Part shown: positions 60,238 to 64,000 of the stretch, piece by piece
Layout of the letters: each line of letters starts with the position of its first letter
How positions within the stretch are numbered: position 1 is the stretch's first letter
NCBI GenBank assembly: GCA_041666545.1
Contig: JBAYGS010000001.1
Location: 153,942-217,941 of the forward strand
Reading direction: 5' to 3'
DNA from: Minisyncoccota bacterium
Lineage (GTDB): Bacteria > Patescibacteriota > Minisyncoccia > Phycocordibacterales > JBAYGS01
Length of the DNA stretch: 64,000 nt
Program-made: the position numbers and the translations under genes
The notes under the pieces: generated by a model
Seen by the model: only the letters and a program-made list of their open reading frames with translations
Databases searched by the model: none
Told to the model about the DNA's origin: nothing

Positions 60238-60343
60238 GCCCCCAGCCGCGCTCGCAACGAGCGCGGCTTTTAAATTGCTTGACATAAAATTTTAATCTGG
60301 TAAATTGTATTCGGACAGCCGTAAACCCTAACCAAGGCAAATT

Positions 60344-60550
60344 ATGATGAATAAAATCATCTTTTGGCCGATTATATTCCTGGCAATACTCATGATGGGT
60401 GGGGCGTTCTGGTTCTTCGAGGTCCCGACCTATGTGGTCGTGATCATGGTAGGCGCCACCCTGGCAATCCTCATCGCCGCTTTCCTGAAAGGGCGACGCG
60501 AAGGTCAGGACTCCCCAACTCCATGGGAAGTGCCCATCAAAAAATTGTAG
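60344..60550 (+). CDS. Small two-TM orphan protein
   Basis: TTGACA-N16-TAAATT promoter, AAGG SD, terminator hairpin. Confidence 0.6.
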   Translation: MMNKIIFWPIIFLAILMMGGAFWFFEVPTYVVVIMVGATLAILIAAFLKGRREGQDSPTPWEVPIKKL

Positions 60551-60614
60551 CAAGTCCCCAAGCCCTCCCCACCCGGAGGGCTTTTCTTTTTCCCCAATTT
60601 TTACCCCTATAATT

Positions 60615-60636
60615 AATATAGCGTCTATGCTATATT
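60615..60636. promoter_or_regulatory. Putative operator upstream of HTH-murA
   Basis: aatatagc-gtctat-gctatatt palindrome over the -10 region. Confidence 0.55.
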
Positions 60637-60663
60637 GTATGTATAAAACATTAGACATAAAAC

Positions 60664-62190
60664 ATGAAACATCAGAAAAAAGATAAAACCCTGGCCTCCT
60701 TAGGAAAATTGATTCAAAACCTGCGAGAAGAGCGGGGCATTTCCCAGGAAGAGCTGGCTCAGAAAATTGGCACCACCCAGAGTGCCATCGCCAGACTCGA
60801 ATCCGGCTCGCAAAACATTTCGGCCGGAACACTTTCAAAAATTAGTGCCGCTTTGGAACGAAATTTAATTGAGCTATCGAAGGGGCGACTTGATGTCCAA
60901 ATTCAAGGCGCTTCTCCCCTTTCCGGCACCATCCAAACTAAAACCTCTAAAAATGCGGCCGTCGGTTTGCTCTGCGCTTCCCTCTTAAACCGCGGCAAGA
61001 CAACCTTGAGAAATGTCCCAAAAATTGAGGAGGTCAACCGCATTATCGAAGTACTCACCAGCCTTGATATTAAAGTTCGTTGGCAAAACAGTGATTTGGA
61101 AATTGAGCCGCCACAGAATTTCAATATCAAAAATTTTGATATCGAGGCCGGCACCAAGACCCGGAGCATTATTATGCTCATCGGCCCACTCATCCACTTT
61201 TTGAAGAAATTCTCCTTGCCTCACGTTGGCGGTTGCCGTTTGGGCGCCCGCACCATCGCGCCTCATGTTTTCGCCCTGGAAAAACTTGGTGTGAAAATCG
61301 AGACAAAATCAAAAGAGTACCGAATCAGTCAGAAAAAGTTGAAGCCCAATTATATCGTTCTCTACGAGACCGGCGATACGGTGACTGAAAATGTTTTAAT
61401 GGCGGCCGCGCTCATTCCCAGCAAAACCACGATTCGGTTCGCCTCGGCCAACTATCAAGTCCAGGATGTTTGCTTTTTCCTGCAGGCCCTCGGGGTCAAA
61501 GTCGAAGGTATCGGCACCTCGACTCTGATTGTGCACGGTCTCAAGGAAATCAAAAAGGATGTCGAGTATTCGATTAGTGAGGACCCGATTGACTCAATGT
61601 TCTTTATCGCGGCCGCCGCTACCACCAAATCGAATATCACAATTACCCGCGCCCCGATCGACTTTTTGGAAATTGAGCTTCTGAAACTCGAAAAAATGGG
61701 TTTTCGCTTTAAAATCTCCAAACGCTACAAGGCCCGAAATGGTGAGACTGATTTAGTTGATATCACCACCTATCCATCAAAATTGACCGCCCCGCCCGAC
61801 AAAATTGAGGCCCGACCTTATCCTGGGCTCAACATCGACAACTTGCCATTTTTCGCCGTCATCGCGACCCAAGCGAGGGGTCAGACCTTGATTCACGACT
61901 GGGTCTACGAGGAGCGCGCCATCTATTACAAGGAGCTCGACAAATTGCGTGCTGATACAATTTTGGCCGACCCGCATCGACTTTTTGTGAATGGACCGAC
62001 CAAATTGAAAGCAGCTGAAGTAGTCTGTCCGCCGGCGCTTCGTCCGGCCGCCATTATCCTAATCGGCATGCTCGCCGCCGAAGGTACTTCGATTTTACGA
62101 AACATTTACAGCATCAATCGTGGCTATGAAGACATCGTCAAGCGACTGCAAAGCCTCGGCGCAAAAATAAAAATTTTGAGAGAGATCTAA
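60664..62190 (+). CDS. murA: UDP-N-acetylglucosamine 1-carboxyvinyltransferase with N-terminal XRE HTH
   Basis: ISQEELAQKIGTTQSAIARLESG HTH; SKNAA, GGCRLGAR catalytic Cys loop, INRGY. Confidence 0.92.
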   Translation: MKHQKKDKTLASLGKLIQNLREERGISQEELAQKIGTTQSAIARLESGSQNISAGTLSKISAALERNLIELSKGRLDVQIQGASPLSGTIQTKTSKNAAVGLLCASLLNRGKTTLRNVPKIEEVNRIIEVLTSLDIKVRWQNSDLEIEPPQNFNIKNFDIEAGTKTRSIIMLIGPLIHFLKKFSLPHVGGCRLGARTIAPHVFALEKLGVKIETKSKEYRISQKKLKPNYIVLYETGDTVTENVLMAAALIPSKTTIRFASANYQVQDVCFFLQALGVKVEGIGTSTLIVHGLKEIKKDVEYSISEDPIDSMFFIAAAATTKSNITITRAPIDFLEIELLKLEKMGFRFKISKRYKARNGETDLVDITTYPSKLTAPPDKIEARPYPGLNIDNLPFFAVIATQARGQTLIHDWVYEERAIYYKELDKLRADTILADPHRLFVNGPTKLKAAEVVCPPALRPAAIILIGMLAAEGTSILRNIYSINRGYEDIVKRLQSLGAKIKILREI

Positions 62191-62231
62191 TATCAAGGCT
62201 CAACCTCGCTTAGCGAGGTTGAGCCTTGATA
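62191..62231. repeat. 41-bp perfect palindrome
   Basis: tatcaaggctcaacctcgct-t-agcgaggttgagccttgata. Confidence 0.9.
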
Positions 62232-62454
62232 AAAAAGCCCGGCCACAAGAGTGGCCGGGCAAACAAATCCTAGAACGCGGTTCACGAACTTCCTCCACAC
62301 TTTCCCTAAGCTCAAAGCTGGCAACTTGCCCGTCGCAATGTTCACAGCAGAGGCAAAATTCATCATGGTAGGCCCTAAGTTGCATCACCAGAACCAGTTT
62401 TCCTAAAACCGGGCAATCGTGGAGAGGCCGATGGTAAACTTTAATCATAGTCAT
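62200..62454 (-). CDS. Cys-containing orphan ORF (3' end uncertain)
   Basis: AAGGA SD and TTGACT-N18-TATTCT promoter; frame runs through a terminator hairpin into the palindrome. Confidence 0.35.
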   Translation of the reverse strand: MTMIKVYHRPLHDCPVLGKLVLVMQLRAYHDEFCLCCEHCDGQVASFELRESVEEVREPRSRICLPGHSCGRAFLSRLNLAKRG

Positions 62455-62525
62455 AAGCAAGTCCTTCTGTTATTAGAATATCCCAAGAAGTTGAAATCAG
62501 TCAATATTTCTGCGACTATAGTGCC

Positions 62526-64000
62526 ATGGACCAAACAGAATCAGTCGGGCTCAAATTGATCAAGGTCATACCCATCTCCAAAACGACCGGCCTTGAGGCG
62601 CTCTCCTATTTCACCTCCAAGGACTTGACTGTCGGCACAATCGTTTCTGTCCCTCTTCGCAAAAAGCTAATACCAGCCATCGTTGCCGAGGTTGAGAACG
62701 CGAGTGACGCGAGAGCTGAACTGCGCTCGGCTGGATTTGAAATTAAAAAACTGGCAAAAATCGGAGCCAAAGGTGGTCTGCCGGAAGCTTTTATCAAGGC
62801 CAGCAAAGCCGTGGCGACCGATCTTTCCGCGACAACCGGTTCGGTTTTAAACACCGCCGTCGCGCCAATTATTTTGGAAAAGCTAGTTAAAGATAAGGCC
62901 AAAGGAAAAATCGGCGCTTCGACCAACAAGTCTCGTCCACACACAGAACAGCTCGTCATTCAAGCGGATGATGAAGAAAGACTTTCGCACTATAAAAGTT
63001 TGATTCGCGAGGAATTCGCCAAAAAATCTTCAGTTTTTCTTTGCTTACCCACCAGCTTCGAGGCCCAGGCTCTTTATGACATTCTCGAAAGGGGCATTAA
63101 GAATTTTGTCTTTTTGCTGCACTCCGGATTACCCAAAAAAGACTTACTGGAGACTTGGAACAAACTTGAGGCCGAAGCCCATTCAGTTTTAATTATCGGC
63201 ACCGCCAACTTTCTAGCCGTACCCAGAGACGATATCGGCACTATCATTTTTGAAAAGGAAAGCTCCAAATCATATATGTCGCAGGCCCGACCCTACTTGG
63301 ATTTTCGCTTGTTAGCCGAAGCTTTCGCCAAGGAAAATAAGACTCGCTTGATTCTCGGCGACTCGCTGCTCCGAATCGAAACTATTTGGCGCACCAAGGG
63401 CGGCGAACTCGTTGAGTATACACCGCTCAAATTTCGCTCACTTTCCACTGCCAGCACGAAATTAGTCAACCTTAAGCGCCAGGGCGATGGCACGGAAAAG
63501 ACTTTTTCTGTTCTTGGTGATGAGCTAATTGATCTCGTCAACCGGAGTCGCAACAATAACGACCGGCTTTTTATTTTTTCTGCTCGGCGAGGCTTGGCGC
63601 CACAAACGGTTTGTAGCGACTGTGGCACAACCGTGATGTGCGAGCACTGCCAAGCTCCGGTAATCCTTTATTCATCGGCCAGAAGCAATTTCTTCCTTTG
63701 TCATCGTTGCGGAACAAAGCGCAGTGCTGAAGAAACATGCAAAAATTGCAGCAGCTGGCGTCTCAAACCACTTGGCATCGGAGTCGACCGGGTCGAAGCC
63801 GAAATCACCGCCCACTTCCCAGATGCCAATATTTTCAAGATTAGCAAAGACAAGACCAAGACCCAGAAGCAGGCCGCCGAAGTGGCCAAAAAATTTTACG
63901 CTTCGCCCGGCAGTATTCTTTTGGGCACAGAGATGGCACTGACCTATCTCGACCAGAAAATCGAAAACTGTGCGGTAGCTTCGCTTGACGCCTTATTTGC
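62526..64000 (+). CDS. priA: Primosomal protein N' (PriA-like), cut by the window end
   Basis: Hand translation: SYF...VGTIVSVPLR 3'-binding domain, RRGLAP, four CxxC motifs, GIGVDRVE. Confidence 0.85.
   Translation, partial: MDQTESVGLKLIKVIPISKTTGLEALSYFTSKDLTVGTIVSVPLRKKLIPAIVAEVENASDARAELRSAGFEIKKLAKIGAKGGLPEAFIKASKAVATDLSATTGSVLNTAVAPIILEKLVKDKAKGKIGASTNKSRPHTEQLVIQADDEERLSHYKSLIREEFAKKSSVFLCLPTSFEAQALYDILERGIKNFVFLLHSGLPKKDLLETWNKLEAEAHSVLIIGTANFLAVPRDDIGTIIFEKESSKSYMSQARPYLDFRLLAEAFAKENKTRLILGDSLLRIETIWRTKGGELVEYTPLKFRSLSTASTKLVNLKRQGDGTEKTFSVLGDELIDLVNRSRNNNDRLFIFSARRGLAPQTVCSDCGTTVMCEHCQAPVILYSSARSNFFLCHRCGTKRSAEETCKNCSSWRLKPLGIGVDRVEAEITAHFPDANIFKISKDKTKTQKQAAEVAKKFYASPGSILLGTEMALTYLDQKIENCAVASLDALF

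Overview
A 64-kb, genetic-code-11 chromosome segment. Gene content points to a CPR/Patescibacteria (Parcubacteria-like) bacterium: short AlaRS, HTH-fused MurA, domain-inserted LeuRS, an FtsA-like plus baseplate-J-like gene pair, a PaaX/Cas2-like regulator, and core genes mostly without Shine-Dalgarno (SD) motifs. The backbone is housekeeping: tRNA-Pro, rpmA, rplI, rplU, cysS, alaS, leuS, tgt, mnmA, dnaB, recR, uvrB, dinB, eno, gpmI, mltG, mreB, murA, ychF and a partial priA. About 20 small orphan genes are interspersed, most with their own TTGACA/-10 promoter, an SD motif and a terminator. There is also a lone leuA and one IS30 element with an in-frame stop. The most unusual signals are non-coding: (1) four dispersed 119-122 bp elements with conserved inverted ends (CCCGTTAGARAT...ATYTCTAACGGG), a conserved hairpin and unrelated cores, all inserted at promoters or start codons; (2) two leader-peptide attenuators of the same design, one Leu-rich before leuA and one before an ORFan; (3) a PaaX/Cas2-like gene bracketed by two inverted 36-bp palindromic sites with the same asymmetric core; (4) isolated ~40-bp perfect palindromes; (5) many degenerate 7-nt-period micro-arrays, some in frame inside tRNA-handling enzymes. 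No CRISPR array or rRNA was seen. All protein assignments are from motif recognition only; no database searches were run.
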